This document shows, piece by piece, positions 63,975 through 64,000 of a stretch of 64,000 nucleotides of DNA. Both the position numbers and the translations under genes were made by a program. The stretch lies in IMG/VR virus record IMGVR_UViG_3300009376_000004; one strand, 5' to 3'. The notes beneath the pieces are model-generated. The model ran no database searches. It saw only the letters and a list, made by a program, of their open reading frames with translations, and was not told where the DNA came from. Source of the DNA: an uncultured virus (IMG/VR IMGVR_UViG_3300009376_000004) (Duplodnaviria > Heunggongvirae > Uroviricota > Caudoviricetes). Each line of letters starts with the position of its first letter. The stretch's first letter is position 1.

Positions 63975-64000
63975 TTGAATGATAAAATACTAGATGGTAT

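Larger units (their letters stand above)
1..64000 (+). mobile_element. Segment of a tailed archaeal virus genome (Caudoviricetes), probable Nitrososphaerota host
   Basis: Portal, prohead protease, HK97-type MCP, tail genes and TerS/TerL are present. RadA and Hjc are archaeal-type, promoters are TATA-type, coding is dense and single-stranded, and there are no cellular housekeeping operons. Confidence 0.92.

Noticed and set aside
1..64000. tRNA/rRNA genes, integrase or att site, amoC, DNA polymerase, MCM
   Set aside because: None recognised by eye and intergenic gaps are small; they may lie outside the window.

Overview
All 64 kb look like part of an AT-rich tailed dsDNA virus (Caudoviricetes) of an archaeal host, most likely an ammonia-oxidising Nitrososphaerota (Nitrosopumilus-like). 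The host call is inference from the archaeal RadA, an Hjc-like resolvase, a cupredoxin-like exported protein, TATA boxes about 30 nt upstream of start codons, frequent TTG starts and many C2H2 fingers. Every credible gene is on the + strand. Gene order: fibre/repeat proteins, portal, three huge acidic modular proteins (one starts with the prohead protease), HK97-type major capsid protein with a long propeptide, head-tail and tail genes, RadA plus a Cas4-like nuclease, an AT-rich palindromic gap, zinc-finger microproteins, a MoxR/CobS-like AAA plus vWA pair, a 7-deazaguanine cluster (queD, queE, folE, queC, TGT/DpdA-like, ParB-PRTase), terminase, a second block of acidic modular proteins, resolvase and early-type small genes. 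The best candidate for an undescribed system covers about 16 kb: polyproteins built from 45-90 aa modules (C2H2 and DnaJ-type Zn fingers, two recurrent helical modules, enzyme domains) separated by a conserved (E)SKA[N/S/G/I]E motif. Related A-x-E sites precede the protease domain and the mature capsid fold. This suggests cargo polyproteins that the prohead protease cuts into many small virion-packaged effectors. Two word-level signals also stand out: apparent CCWGG avoidance and strong GGACTTT enrichment. All family calls come from reading motifs by eye; no searches were run.
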